Under the pieces are notes generated by a model that ran no database searches, was not told where the DNA came from, and worked only from the letters and a program-made list of their open reading frames with translations. The translations under genes were made by a program, and so were the position numbers. A stretch of DNA of 64,000 nt from Nitrososphaerales archaeon (GTDB lineage Archaea > Thermoproteota > Nitrososphaeria > Nitrososphaerales > Gagatemarchaeaceae), in the NCBI GenBank assembly GCA_050013375.1, contig JBEKFK010000001.1, positions 5,051 through 69,050 of the forward strand. The letters run 5' to 3'. How positions within the stretch are numbered: the first letter of the stretch is position 1; every line of letters begins with the position of its first letter. Of the stretch, positions 44,089 to 52,987 are shown piece by piece.

Positions 44089-44304
44089 TCAGACGCGAAG
44101 CCCTTCGCGGGCCTTGCGCTTGCGGCCCAGGTAAAGCTCCATGGCGACCAACCCCACTATCGCGACGATGGTCGGGGCCAGGAAAGCCAGGGTCAGGTCG
44201 AGGTCGAATCCGACCTGTGTGAGGATCACGTAGTAGAGTCCCCAGACGAACGCTAGGACTATCCCGGCCGCGAAGATGATGACATTCCTTATGCGGGCCG
44301 ACAC
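44089..44304 (-). CDS. small two-TM membrane protein
   Basis: VIIFAAGIVLAFVWGLYYVIL and LAFLAPTIVAIVGLVAMELYL. A GTG at 44304 avoids overlap with the MBL gene. The track ORF runs to 44388. Confidence 0.45.
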   Translation of the reverse strand: MSARIRNVIIFAAGIVLAFVWGLYYVILTQVGFDLDLTLAFLAPTIVAIVGLVAMELYLGRKRKAREGLRV

Positions 44305-44356
44305 TGGTCTTCGAGAGGACGGAGCGCCGGTTTTAAGATTCGCGCAGTGGCGCGGC

Positions 44357-45046
44357 TCACTTGAAGCCGTTGGCGACGAACGCGCCAAGCTTCGCCGCCG
44401 CGCCCTCCTCGACCGGTTTCCCGTGCCCCGGAAGGAGCATCGCGAACTTTAGCTTCGATATCCTCTCGGTGGAACGCCTCACCGCGTCCATGTCCCTGCT
44501 CATGTTCGGGGATGCGAGCTTGAGATTGCCCGAGCCGTCGGTCCTCAGCAGATCCCCCACGAATATCGCGTCACCGGGCTTGTACACGGAGATGCTCCCG
44601 TCGGTGTGCCCCGGAGTGTGGAGGATGGCGAGTGGACCCACCTCGTCCCCGTCCTTCAGCGCAAGGTCGGGCTTCACACGTTCGACCTTCATGAACGCCC
44701 CAAAGACACCGATCATCATCCCTCCGAGTCCGCTGGCCTCCTTGAGCTTCTGCTCGCCTGAAAGCCTCGGGGCATCGAACTCGCCTATGGCCAGCTCGGC
44801 GCCCGTGAGGCGCTTGAGCTCGGCCGCGCTTCCGGAGTGGTCGGCGTCCGGATGTGTGAGGACGATGTAGGAGACGTCGCTCGGCTTCTTCCCGATGCTC
44901 GCCAGGTAGGCCAGCACCTTCGCCCCCTTGCCGGGCGTCCCGGTGTCAATCAGGATCAGGCCCTGACCGTCGGTCTCCACAATGTACGCGTTCGAGAATC
45001 CCATGTCTGGAATCTGATGCACCCCGTGACCCTGAGCTGTCTTCAT
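44357..45046 (-). CDS. MBL-fold metallo-hydrolase
   Basis: LTHPDADHSG (HxHxDH-type), HTPGHTDGS, LLPGHG. Start at the internal ATG (MKTAQGHG). Confidence 0.85.
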   Translation of the reverse strand: MKTAQGHGVHQIPDMGFSNAYIVETDGQGLILIDTGTPGKGAKVLAYLASIGKKPSDVSYIVLTHPDADHSGSAAELKRLTGAELAIGEFDAPRLSGEQKLKEASGLGGMMIGVFGAFMKVERVKPDLALKDGDEVGPLAILHTPGHTDGSISVYKPGDAIFVGDLLRTDGSGNLKLASPNMSRDMDAVRRSTERISKLKFAMLLPGHGKPVEEGAAAKLGAFVANGFK

Positions 45047-45141
45047 GCCGGACGGGACCCCGCCGTGAGCCTTCGAAATACTTTGCGACCTCAACCTCTC
45101 TGACTGCTTAAATCTCGGCGCCGCCAACGTCGTCGTGTACA

Positions 45142-45909
45142 ATGGATTCGCTGTGCAGGCGCTTCGAAGGAAGGATCGTCCTGGTGACCGGGGCCGCGCG
45201 GGGCATAGGTCTCGCGGTCGCGATGGCCTTCGCGAAAGAGGGAGCGGTCCTTGCAGTCAACGACGTCTCAGAGGAGAACCTTCGGGGGGCGATAGCGGCG
45301 ATCAGGGAGATCTCGCCGAAGAGCGTGTCCTATCGCGCCGATATCACAAATGCCGGCGAGGTGCGTGAGATGGTCGAAATGGTCGAGAGAGACCTCGGGT
45401 GCGTGGACATCCTCGTAAACAACGCCGGCATCGCGCTTCCCACAGGCACTCTGGACATCTCCGAGCAGGAGTGGGACCGGGTCATGTCCGTCAACCTGAA
45501 GGGGGCCTTCCTCGTCTCCCAGCGCGTCATCGCTCTGATGATCAGGAAGCAGAGGAAGGGTAACGTCGTGATGATGGGAAGCCTCTCCGGCAAGATGGGA
45601 GGGGTCGCGACCGGACTGCACTACAGCGTCTCCAAGGGCGGCCTGATCGTGATGGCCCGGCAGCTCGCCCGCGAGTTCGCCAAGTTCGGGATCAACGTAA
45701 ACGCCGTGGCCCCCTCCTTCGCGGATACCGACATGCTGAGAGACCTGAAGCTGGAGGGGAAGAAGGAGGAGCTGGCCAGGATGAACGTGATTCCGCGCCT
45801 CGCGACGCCTGACGACATAGCGAACGCGGTCCTCTTCCTCAGCTCGGACAGCTCGTCCTTCATCACCGGCGAGACCATCAACGTGGCCGGCGGGCGCCTG
45901 ATGGACTGA
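45142..45909 (+). CDS. SDR-family oxidoreductase (FabG-like)
   Basis: VTGAARGIGLA, NNAG, YSVSKGG, APSFADTDM. Confidence 0.9.
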   Translation: MDSLCRRFEGRIVLVTGAARGIGLAVAMAFAKEGAVLAVNDVSEENLRGAIAAIREISPKSVSYRADITNAGEVREMVEMVERDLGCVDILVNNAGIALPTGTLDISEQEWDRVMSVNLKGAFLVSQRVIALMIRKQRKGNVVMMGSLSGKMGGVATGLHYSVSKGGLIVMARQLAREFAKFGINVNAVAPSFADTDMLRDLKLEGKKEELARMNVIPRLATPDDIANAVLFLSSDSSSFITGETINVAGGRLMD

Positions 45910-45957
45910 CCGGGTTCACCGGGCCAGGGTTACAGCCCTAGCCGGGAAGCAGCCGCC

Positions 45958-46680
45958 TCAGGCAGCGGGCGGGAACAGCTTGTCGTAGGCTTCCTTGGCG
46001 CGCAGCCTGAGCCTCTCGGCCTCGGCGAGCTCCGCCGAGTGAACCTCGCTCTCCCTCTTCCAGAGCCAGGCGTAAAACTCCTCGATCTTCTTGAAGTACC
46101 GCCCGGCGAGCTCCTGGATGTCGACGTCCTCCATGGATGCCAGAAGGCTGCGCTGGTTGTCGTTCCACTCGTCCCAGCCGAGCAGCTCCTTCGACTGAAT
46201 CTTGAACGGGGCGTCCTTCGCCCTCTCCTTACCCGGTGCGAGGCTCAGTGACGCCTGGAGCGTCCCGACGTGGGCCGATACGCTCCGCAGGCCTTGGGCG
46301 ATCTTGAAGTCCGGCTCGTAGATGAAGCGCCTGTCGATCTCAGACTGGACCTCCTTTCCGAAATCGACCTGGCCGTACACCTTTCGGCAGCGCCTCCTCG
46401 TATAGTCTATCAGGTCGTAGGCCGATGACACGAAGCTCTCGAGCCTCCGTGCGACCTCCTCCAGGGCGAGCGCGAGCGCCGGGCTCTCGTTCGGGCCGCC
46501 CGCGGGGCCGGGGGCGAGCAGTTTGTTCAGGGCCGCGACGGAATGGACTAGCTCGTCCTTGTTCCTCGAGACTATCCTGAGGTTCCTCCTGTCATTGTTG
46601 ATATCGCTGTGCACCTTGAATCCGGCGGAGCTCTTGAACTCGTCTGTCAGCCTCTTCACCTCGGCTGCGTCTACGGCCAT
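45958..46680 (-). CDS. hypothetical helical protein with HEPN-like R-x4-H motif
   Basis: ~240 aa from the internal ATG (MAVDAAEVKRL). It carries a single GLRSVSAHVG (R-x4-H) motif in the central region. No other family signature was recognised. Confidence 0.55.
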   Translation of the reverse strand: MAVDAAEVKRLTDEFKSSAGFKVHSDINNDRRNLRIVSRNKDELVHSVAALNKLLAPGPAGGPNESPALALALEEVARRLESFVSSAYDLIDYTRRRCRKVYGQVDFGKEVQSEIDRRFIYEPDFKIAQGLRSVSAHVGTLQASLSLAPGKERAKDAPFKIQSKELLGWDEWNDNQRSLLASMEDVDIQELAGRYFKKIEEFYAWLWKRESEVHSAELAEAERLRLRAKEAYDKLFPPAA

Positions 46681-46780
46681 GGGCCCGAGATGAAACGGCC
46701 CTGGATATTTGTCTACTCGTCCGTCCCGCGGTGCGCCCGGGCGGCCCACGTTTTTCTACTCGGGCTGCGGCCACGCGTGC

Positions 46781-47557
46781 GTGAACTGGGCGAAGAACGT
46801 CTTCGTGCGGAACGCGAAGCTCTACGAGCTCGTCCTCGAGGGGATGTGGAAGCGAGGGGAGGAGGACGCACTCGCGATCTCGAGCCTGCTCCAGGACAGG
46901 GGCATGGGAGGGAGCAGGATACTTGACGTGCCGTGCGGAATAGGGAGGGTGGGCATTCCCCTCGCCCAGCTCGGCTACACGGTAGCCGGGCTCGACTTCT
47001 CCCCTCACCTGCTCTCCGTGGCGGCTGCCAAGGCCAAGAAGTTCGGCGTGGCGGGAAGGGTCTCTCTCACCCTCGGATCGATGTCGGACCTGTCTGCCTT
47101 CCCGAAGGGTTCCTTCGACTGCGCGATCAACGTCTTCACGTCCATAGGGTACGGCTCCGAGCAGGAGGACGAGGCCTTCTTCAGGGAGCTGAGGACCGCG
47201 GTGCGGCCCGGGGGCCTCTTCCTCGTCTCCGGGCTCAGGAACCGGGACTACATCGCGGGCCACACGGCACAGAACGTCTTCGAGGAGAGCGAGAGGCTGC
47301 TGGTGCTCGACCGGTACTCCTTCGACGTCGCCAGGTCGCGGGAGAAGGGGTCCTGGAGGTTCTTCCTGAGGGTCGGCGGTGTCCTTAAGTTCGCAGGGGA
47401 GTTCCCCACGGATATCAGGGTCTACTCGCCCCACGAGCTAATCTCGATGCTGGAGAGGTCCGGTTGGAGCCTGGCCGGCCTCTACGACTCCCTCCTCACC
47501 AAGCACGCCTTCAGTCCGGAGACCCCGAGCTACGCGCTGGTTGCGGAAGCCGTCTGA
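46781..47557 (+). CDS. class I SAM-dependent methyltransferase
   Basis: Motif I RILDVPCGIGRVG, then GLDFS and AINVFTSIGY. The GTG at 46781 is preferred; the track ORF starts at 46709. Confidence 0.8.
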   Translation: MNWAKNVFVRNAKLYELVLEGMWKRGEEDALAISSLLQDRGMGGSRILDVPCGIGRVGIPLAQLGYTVAGLDFSPHLLSVAAAKAKKFGVAGRVSLTLGSMSDLSAFPKGSFDCAINVFTSIGYGSEQEDEAFFRELRTAVRPGGLFLVSGLRNRDYIAGHTAQNVFEESERLLVLDRYSFDVARSREKGSWRFFLRVGGVLKFAGEFPTDIRVYSPHELISMLERSGWSLAGLYDSLLTKHAFSPETPSYALVAEAV

Positions 47558-47787
47558 GCGAGCTTCACCTTCTGGGCCCGGCTCATCCTCTTGATCTGGC
47601 TCTCCCTCTTGAGGGCTGACGACCTGCTCTCGCACTCCTCGCGGTAGACCAGGACGACGGGCCTGCGGCTCCTAGTGAACTTCGAGCCGGAGCCGCTGTT
47701 GTGCTGCTCCACCCTCCTCTTCAGGTCGACGGTGCAGCCTGTGTACAGCTCGCCGGTCCTGCACCTGACCATGTAGACCTGCCACAT
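47530..47787 (-). CDS. GIY-YIG nuclease-domain protein (UPF0213-like)
   Basis: 85 aa: WQVYMVRCRTGELYTGCTVDLKRRVEQHNSG...VLVY.E......AL.RE.QIK. Confidence 0.8.
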   Translation of the reverse strand: MWQVYMVRCRTGELYTGCTVDLKRRVEQHNSGSGSKFTRSRRPVVLVYREECESRSSALKRESQIKRMSRAQKVKLAQTASATSA

Positions 47788-47833
47788 CGAGGCTCACCCA
47801 AGAAGATAAGAACCCCGCCGATAAATAATTGCC

Positions 47834-47989
47834 ATGGCGTACGAGAAGAAGGAATCGCAGATGCGCTGCCCCGGCTGCAGGAGGTACTCCCTGAAGCGGA
47901 AGGAGGAGACGGTCTCGTGCGCCACCTGCGGATATACCCTGACACCCGGCGAGGAAGCGCGCTTCAGGCTCTACGAGCTCCTGAAGTGA
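47834..47989 (+). CDS. small zinc-ribbon protein (51 aa), below ORF-track cutoff
   Basis: MAYEKKESQMRCPGCRRYSLKRKEETVSCATCGYTLTPGEEARFRLYELLK. It has a CPGC...CATC pair and an AT-rich box (ATAAATAAT) just upstream. Confidence 0.5.
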   Translation: MAYEKKESQMRCPGCRRYSLKRKEETVSCATCGYTLTPGEEARFRLYELLK

Positions 47990-47996
47990 CGGGCCC

Positions 47997-48437
47997 TCAG
48001 GCTCCTCGCACCAAGATTGAGTGGACGACCCTCATGCACGCGTCCATCACGTAGGGGATCTGTCCCTCCGAGAGTATCGCCTTCGCCTCATCGTTCTCCA
48101 GTCCAGCCTGGGACCAGAAGACGTAACCCCTGTGGTGCTTCTTTGACATCTCGACGACCTGGCGCGCCACCTGGGGAAGCTCCTCGCTCGGCCTGAAGAC
48201 TTCCACGACCTCCACTTCCCTTGCCAGCTGCTCCGGGAGCGAGTCGAGCGTGGGGTACGCCCTCTCCCCGAATATCGCGTCCGCAGTTGGGTTGATCGGG
48301 ATGACGCGGTAGCCCTGCTCCTTCAGGTACGCGGGGACGGTGTGAGCCTCCTTCCCGGGGTTCGTGGAGGCCCCGACGACCGCGATGACCTTGTGGGCCC
48401 TCATCACCTCGACCGGTGAGGTGGTTGCGCTCGCCAT
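47997..48437 (-). CDS. CoA-binding domain protein (YccU/YneT-like)
   Basis: VIAVVGASTNPGKEAHTVPAYLKEQGYRVIPINP. Confidence 0.85.
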   Translation of the reverse strand: MASATTSPVEVMRAHKVIAVVGASTNPGKEAHTVPAYLKEQGYRVIPINPTADAIFGERAYPTLDSLPEQLAREVEVVEVFRPSEELPQVARQVVEMSKKHHRGYVFWSQAGLENDEAKAILSEGQIPYVMDACMRVVHSILVRGA

Positions 48438-48475
48438 GGAGGCGAGAGGTCAGGATTCGGTTATATTCCTAGCTG

Positions 48476-49573
48476 CTACTTTGTGACGAGCGTAAGGACG
48501 TCCTCGTCCATGAGCTTGTGGTTTATCCCGACCCTCTGGCCGCCGAACTTCACGCTCTTCCCCCAGATCAGGGCGTACCGGAACTCGTCCTTTATGTTCC
48601 TGTGGACCTTGTTGCAGACCTCCAGGACACTGGACCCGTTCCTTACGATCATCGGCTCCTTGAAGTCCGTCTCTCCGGTCCGCCTGCGCAGGTAGATCCT
48701 GACGAAGTCCAGTTTCTTGTAGATCTCCTCCTTGAGCGCCGCTATGTTGATGCCGGCCTCGGCGGAGACCGGGACGAAGCTGTAGGGCAGCTTGGCCGTG
48801 AGCTCGTTGGTGAACCCCGCGTTGACCAGGTCGATCTTGTTCATGACCGTCAGCGAAGGGATGTAGATCCGGTTACCGAGGAGCACGTCTATGAGCTGCT
48901 CGGCGTCTATATCCTCCCTGATCACGACCCGCGCGCTGTTGTACTCGTAGACCCTGAGCATCTCCTTCACGAGCTGCTCGCTGATCTTCGTCAGCTTGAC
49001 CGTGTTCGTGACCGCGATCCCTCCGGACGTGCCGGGCTCGATGACGACGTTGGGCGGCTCGACGTCCACCCTGATCCCCGTGTTCCTCAGCTCCTTCTCG
49101 AGGAGCAGCCTCGCCTCGGGCTGGAACACGTCGATGATGAACAGGACAAGATCCGCGTTCCTCGCCACGGCCAGGACCCTCTTCCCAAGCCCCCTGCCCG
49201 AGGACGCGCCCTGGATGATCCCCGGCAGGTCGAGGACCTGTATCCTCGCACCCTTGTAGTCCATGACGCCCGGGACGACGTCGAGGGTGGTGAACTCGTA
49301 GGCCGCGACCTTCGACTTGGCGTTGGTCAGGCCGTTGAGGAGCGTCGACTTGCCGACGCTGGGCAGCCCGATGAGGACGACGGTCCCGTCGCCGGACTTC
49401 TTGACGTCGAAGCCTATGGCGCTCCCTGACCGCCTTGCCTGCTGCTCCTCCTGTTCCAGCCTCAGCTTTGCGAGCTTGCCTCTGAGAAGGCCGATGTGGT
49501 GCTCGGTCTTCTTGTTGACCTGTGTCCTGTGAATGTCGTCCTCTATCTTCTTGATCTTCTCAGGTATACCCAA
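48476..49573 (-). CDS. DRG/Rbg-type OBG-family GTPase with TGS domain
   Basis: G1 GLPSVGKSTLLN, G3 DLPG, G4 NKID. The N-terminal KIKKIEDDIHRTQVNKKTEHHIGLLRGKLAKL and the C-terminal TGS-like region fit the family. Confidence 0.9.
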   Translation of the reverse strand: MGIPEKIKKIEDDIHRTQVNKKTEHHIGLLRGKLAKLRLEQEEQQARRSGSAIGFDVKKSGDGTVVLIGLPSVGKSTLLNGLTNAKSKVAAYEFTTLDVVPGVMDYKGARIQVLDLPGIIQGASSGRGLGKRVLAVARNADLVLFIIDVFQPEARLLLEKELRNTGIRVDVEPPNVVIEPGTSGGIAVTNTVKLTKISEQLVKEMLRVYEYNSARVVIREDIDAEQLIDVLLGNRIYIPSLTVMNKIDLVNAGFTNELTAKLPYSFVPVSAEAGINIAALKEEIYKKLDFVRIYLRRRTGETDFKEPMIVRNGSSVLEVCNKVHRNIKDEFRYALIWGKSVKFGGQRVGINHKLMDEDVLTLVTK

Positions 49574-49665
49574 GCTCGGCCGGTCTCCTCGCTTCCTTTG
49601 GCATCAAACTAACCCTACGTCTTAAACGTTCAAATCCCCTCGATGCCCGCGGGCGCTCGCCCTTG

Positions 49666-49821
49666 ATGTGCGAGCGCTGTCACGCCGGCATGATGATCGA
49701 GTACGAGAGGAAGGTCGGGTCCGTAGGCAAGGGGACCACCCTCGTCGGGAGGAAGTGCGAGAGGTGCGGCTACACGCAGCTGGACAGCGATGACGACGTC
49801 TGGGCAGCCGTGGGCCTGTGA
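49666..49821 (+). CDS. small zinc-ribbon protein (51 aa), below ORF-track cutoff
   Basis: MCERCHAGMMIEYERKVGSVGKGTTLVGRKCERCGYTQLDSDDDVWAAVGL with a CxxC...CxxC pair. Its stop overlaps the GTG start of the next gene (GTGA), which suggests translational coupling. Confidence 0.5.
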   Translation: MCERCHAGMMIEYERKVGSVGKGTTLVGRKCERCGYTQLDSDDDVWAAVGL

Positions 49822-50639
49822 ACGACAGCGCACGTCGACCCAAGCTGAGGACGGAGGAAGGCCTTCATCCAGGGGTCGCCTCCGCGCTCGAGAAGTACTC
49901 CCGGACCGGTGAGTCAGGGGTGCTGGTACGGTATCTCTCTGCGAACAGCAACCTCCCCGGTCCGAGGGCTAACCTGGCCCTGCTGGAGGCGTTCTCCAGC
50001 GAGCTTCGTAAGCTGTGCGAGGGCTCGCCGGAGAGGTTCTGGCGCCTCTCGATCCAGCTCTGCGCCGCCGCCGACGAGTTCGTCGCGATGTGCGGCGCAC
50101 GGGGGGTCGGCCAGGTCGGCGGGTCGTCGGATTCGTACTACCTCAGGTCCGTCACCAAGCTGCGGTCGCTCGCATCGGACCCGCGGTGGAGGGTCCGCGA
50201 GGCCACCGCGATGTCGCTGCAGGGCCTGATCGTCGACCGACCGGAGACGGCCGGCCGCCTCGAGGTCTGGGCCAAGGACGGGAACTGGCTCGAGATGCGC
50301 GCGGTCGCCGCAGGGGTGGCGGAACCCAGGCTGATGAAGAGCGCAGGGTTCGCCATGAAGGCGCTCGACCTGCACCGGCTCATCGTGGGGAGGCTGGCGG
50401 GATCCGGGGACCGCGAGTCGGAGGGGTTCGGAGCCCTGCGTAAGTGCCTCGCCTACTCCATCAGTGTGGTCGTCGCTGCCGCGCCTGAAGAGGGTTTCCC
50501 GTTTCTCAGGGACCTTGCGGGGCGGCCCGACTCTGACCTCGCGTGGATCTGCGGTCAGAACCTGAAGAAGAACAGGCTGAGGTCGAAGTTCCCCGAGGAC
50601 GTAGCCGCCATCGAACGGATTCTCGGCAGAGGCGCCTAG
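49818..50639 (+). CDS. HEAT/armadillo-like repeat protein (DNA-alkylation-repair-like guess)
   Basis: 273 aa, helical, with repeated W..R.A motifs (DPRWRVREATAMSL, NWLEMRAVAAGV). The family assignment is tentative. Confidence 0.55.
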   Translation: MNDSARRPKLRTEEGLHPGVASALEKYSRTGESGVLVRYLSANSNLPGPRANLALLEAFSSELRKLCEGSPERFWRLSIQLCAAADEFVAMCGARGVGQVGGSSDSYYLRSVTKLRSLASDPRWRVREATAMSLQGLIVDRPETAGRLEVWAKDGNWLEMRAVAAGVAEPRLMKSAGFAMKALDLHRLIVGRLAGSGDRESEGFGALRKCLAYSISVVVAAAPEEGFPFLRDLAGRPDSDLAWICGQNLKKNRLRSKFPEDVAAIERILGRGA

Positions 50640-51631
50640 GCGTACTCGCTCCTGTCGACCACGTTGAGGAGCTCTTCGCCCCTGAGGAAGCGTAGTACGT
50701 TCTTCACCGCCCTCCTCTGGGGCGCCGAAGTGACGGCGGCGCTGGGTCCGGAGACGTGGGGGGTCCCGATGAAGTTCTCGAGCTTCAGGAACGGCAGCTC
50801 CGGCGCGTACGACTCCTTGCCCTCCTTCATCCACCAGACGTCCGTGGCGTAGGTGAACCTCCGGTTGGCGGCCAGGTGGCTGTAGATAGCGGCCTCGTCG
50901 ACAATCTCGGCGCGGGCGATGTTCACGAGGATGGCTTCCCGCTTCATCATGGAGAGTTCCTTCTCCCCGATCATCCCCCGAGTCGACTTTGTGAGCGGGA
51001 GCGCGATGACGGCTGCGTCAGACTCCCGCAGCACCTTCTCGAAGCCCGACCTGCCCCTCAATGAGACGATCCCGGGATCCTCGGCCTTTCTCCGCGAGAA
51101 TTCCATGACGTTCATCCCGAAAGCCCTGCCGAGTTCCGCGACCTTCTTTCCGATGCTGCCGTAGCCTATTATCCCGAGCGTCCTGCCCTTCAGCACCAGG
51201 ATGTCCCTGCCGAGCTCGAGTGCTGGCGCGGGCTTGTAGCCCTCCTTTCTCATGGCGGCGTCAAACTTCACGACCCTCTTCCCCGCCGAGAGGAGGAGGC
51301 CCCACGCGTGTTCCCCAACCTCGTCGGAGAATCCTCCGGCGTTGCTGCAGACGACCGCGGTCTTGTTGAGAGCCCCGAACGGGATGTGGTTGACGCCCGC
51401 CAGCCCCGTCTGGACGAGCGAAAGTCTCGTCATTCTCGAGACCCTGGCCACGTCCAGCCTCTCTGGCCAGAAGTGGACCAGAAGGCAGTCTATCTCTGGC
51501 AGGGCCGCATCCAGGTCCCCGTCACCCATGTCGCTCAGGGGCAGAACCTCCGCGTGCTCCCTCAGAGGCCTGATCTCTTCCTCCGGGAACGACGGTCCCA
51601 GGAGAATCTTGACACTCAACGGGCACCGCAC
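50636..51631 (-). CDS. D-isomer-specific 2-hydroxyacid dehydrogenase family (PGDH/GyaR-like)
   Basis: IIGYGSIGKKVAEL (GxGxxG), NIARAEIVDE, GTPHVSG. Confidence 0.85.
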   Translation of the reverse strand: MRCPLSVKILLGPSFPEEEIRPLREHAEVLPLSDMGDGDLDAALPEIDCLLVHFWPERLDVARVSRMTRLSLVQTGLAGVNHIPFGALNKTAVVCSNAGGFSDEVGEHAWGLLLSAGKRVVKFDAAMRKEGYKPAPALELGRDILVLKGRTLGIIGYGSIGKKVAELGRAFGMNVMEFSRRKAEDPGIVSLRGRSGFEKVLRESDAAVIALPLTKSTRGMIGEKELSMMKREAILVNIARAEIVDEAAIYSHLAANRRFTYATDVWWMKEGKESYAPELPFLKLENFIGTPHVSGPSAAVTSAPQRRAVKNVLRFLRGEELLNVVDRSEYA

Positions 51632-51696
51632 GGTCGGGTGTTATTCAAAGGATTCGACCAAAACCCATTAATCGAAGACGCCGGCGAATCGGCCCC

Positions 51697-51975
51697 ATGA
51701 CGAAGAGAGCCTTTACGATTGACACCGGGAAGGAGAAGTTCGAGGTGGAGGGTCACGAACACAAGAACGTGGCGGTGAAGTACCTCATGAAGAGAAGGAG
51801 GAGCCTCCTCTCCACGAAGGACCCGGACAAGGTGGAGCGCCTCTTCGCGGAGCTCCCCACCAGCGTCAGCGTGATCGGGAAGCAGCTCACCAAGTCCTAC
51901 GCGGTGACATGGGAGAAGACAGGGACCGGGGAGTTTGCGGGGGCCCGTTTCACCTTCACCATGGACGAAGCCTGA
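51697..51975 (+). CDS. hypothetical small protein
   Basis: 92-aa ORF with an ATG start and protein-like composition. No motif recognised. Confidence 0.5.
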   Translation: MTKRAFTIDTGKEKFEVEGHEHKNVAVKYLMKRRRSLLSTKDPDKVERLFAELPTSVSVIGKQLTKSYAVTWEKTGTGEFAGARFTFTMDEA

Positions 51976-52033
51976 CGGCGGCTGAGGGACCACGCCCGAG
52001 AAGGATGCGGCCGAGGAGCAGTTCAGGGCCGTC

Positions 52034-52378
52034 GTGGTCGCCACGATCCTGGACTCCAACCCCGAGCGGGCCCTTGACCTCCTGTGCGAGCACTACAGGG
52101 TCGAAAGGCCCAAACTCGGCGTGGGGGTGGTCAAGGGAAGGTCGAAGGGGGTCCTGGCCGTCTACTCGGCTGACAGGAAGGAGATACTCGCAGCAAGTCG
52201 CGAGTACCTGTACGACCCCTTCACGATACTCCACGAGTTCTACCATCACCTGAGGCAGTTTGCAGGGGAGCACAGGGGGACGGAGAAGTACGCCGACAAG
52301 TTCGCCATCGACTTCATCAACTCCTACCGGGCCGTCGTCGCAAAGCTCGGCTCGGAATCCTCAGGCGGGACAGGCTAG
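52034..52378 (+). CDS. small HExxH protein (SprT/WLM/DUF45-like minimal metallopeptidase, putative)
   Basis: 114 aa with ILHEFYHHL (HExxH) preceded by a strand-rich segment, as in SprT-like domains. GTG is the only in-frame start. Confidence 0.55.
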   Translation: MVATILDSNPERALDLLCEHYRVERPKLGVGVVKGRSKGVLAVYSADRKEILAASREYLYDPFTILHEFYHHLRQFAGEHRGTEKYADKFAIDFINSYRAVVAKLGSESSGGTG

Positions 52379-52404
52379 GGAATCCGCGTGGAGCCCCGTG
52401 AGGC

Positions 52405-52908
52405 TCAGGTCATCTCGTAGGTCTCTTTTGGCTTGGAGAACCTTCCGTAGAAGTATCCGAGCAGAACTCCGAAGATCAAAGCCCCGAGCAGGCCTGCGCC
52501 GATGTTCGCGAGATAGTACTCCACCCCGTAGTTGCCCAAGTCGCCCACTCCGCCCAGGACGCTGACAAGGACCCAGAGCGCCACCCCGAAGATAATCCCC
52601 TTGATCATGGCGGTCCCCCCGGGGATCCGCTCGAGCAGCTTCCCATAGATCGCCCCCAAGATGAGCCCGCCGACGAGCCCGAAGATCACGACGAAGACGG
52701 GGGCGACGAGGACGGCGATGTTGAAGAGCTGGTCGGGCGTGAATTGGGAGTTGGCCGGGAGGCTCTTGGTGATGGACGCGATGACCGTGCTCTTGATCGA
52801 GAGGAGCGTGAAGTAGCTGACGACTCCGAGGACCGCCCCGTAGGCGATGCCAGCCACCAGCCCAGCTTTTGCCCCGTTGCCAGTGCTACCCATGATGACC
52901 AAAGTCAT
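52405..52908 (-). CDS. hypothetical membrane protein
   Basis: 167 aa with 4-5 glycine-rich TM helices. Confidence 0.65.
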   Translation of the reverse strand: MTLVIMGSTGNGAKAGLVAGIAYGAVLGVVSYFTLLSIKSTVIASITKSLPANSQFTPDQLFNIAVLVAPVFVVIFGLVGGLILGAIYGKLLERIPGGTAMIKGIIFGVALWVLVSVLGGVGDLGNYGVEYYLANIGAGLLGALIFGVLLGYFYGRFSKPKETYEMT

Positions 52909-52987
52909 CGCGGAGGCCCTCTTAGTCGTTTCGGATGCGGAATCTATGACGGTCCGACCGTAAAGGGGCCGGTCCTCCCCGGAGTCG

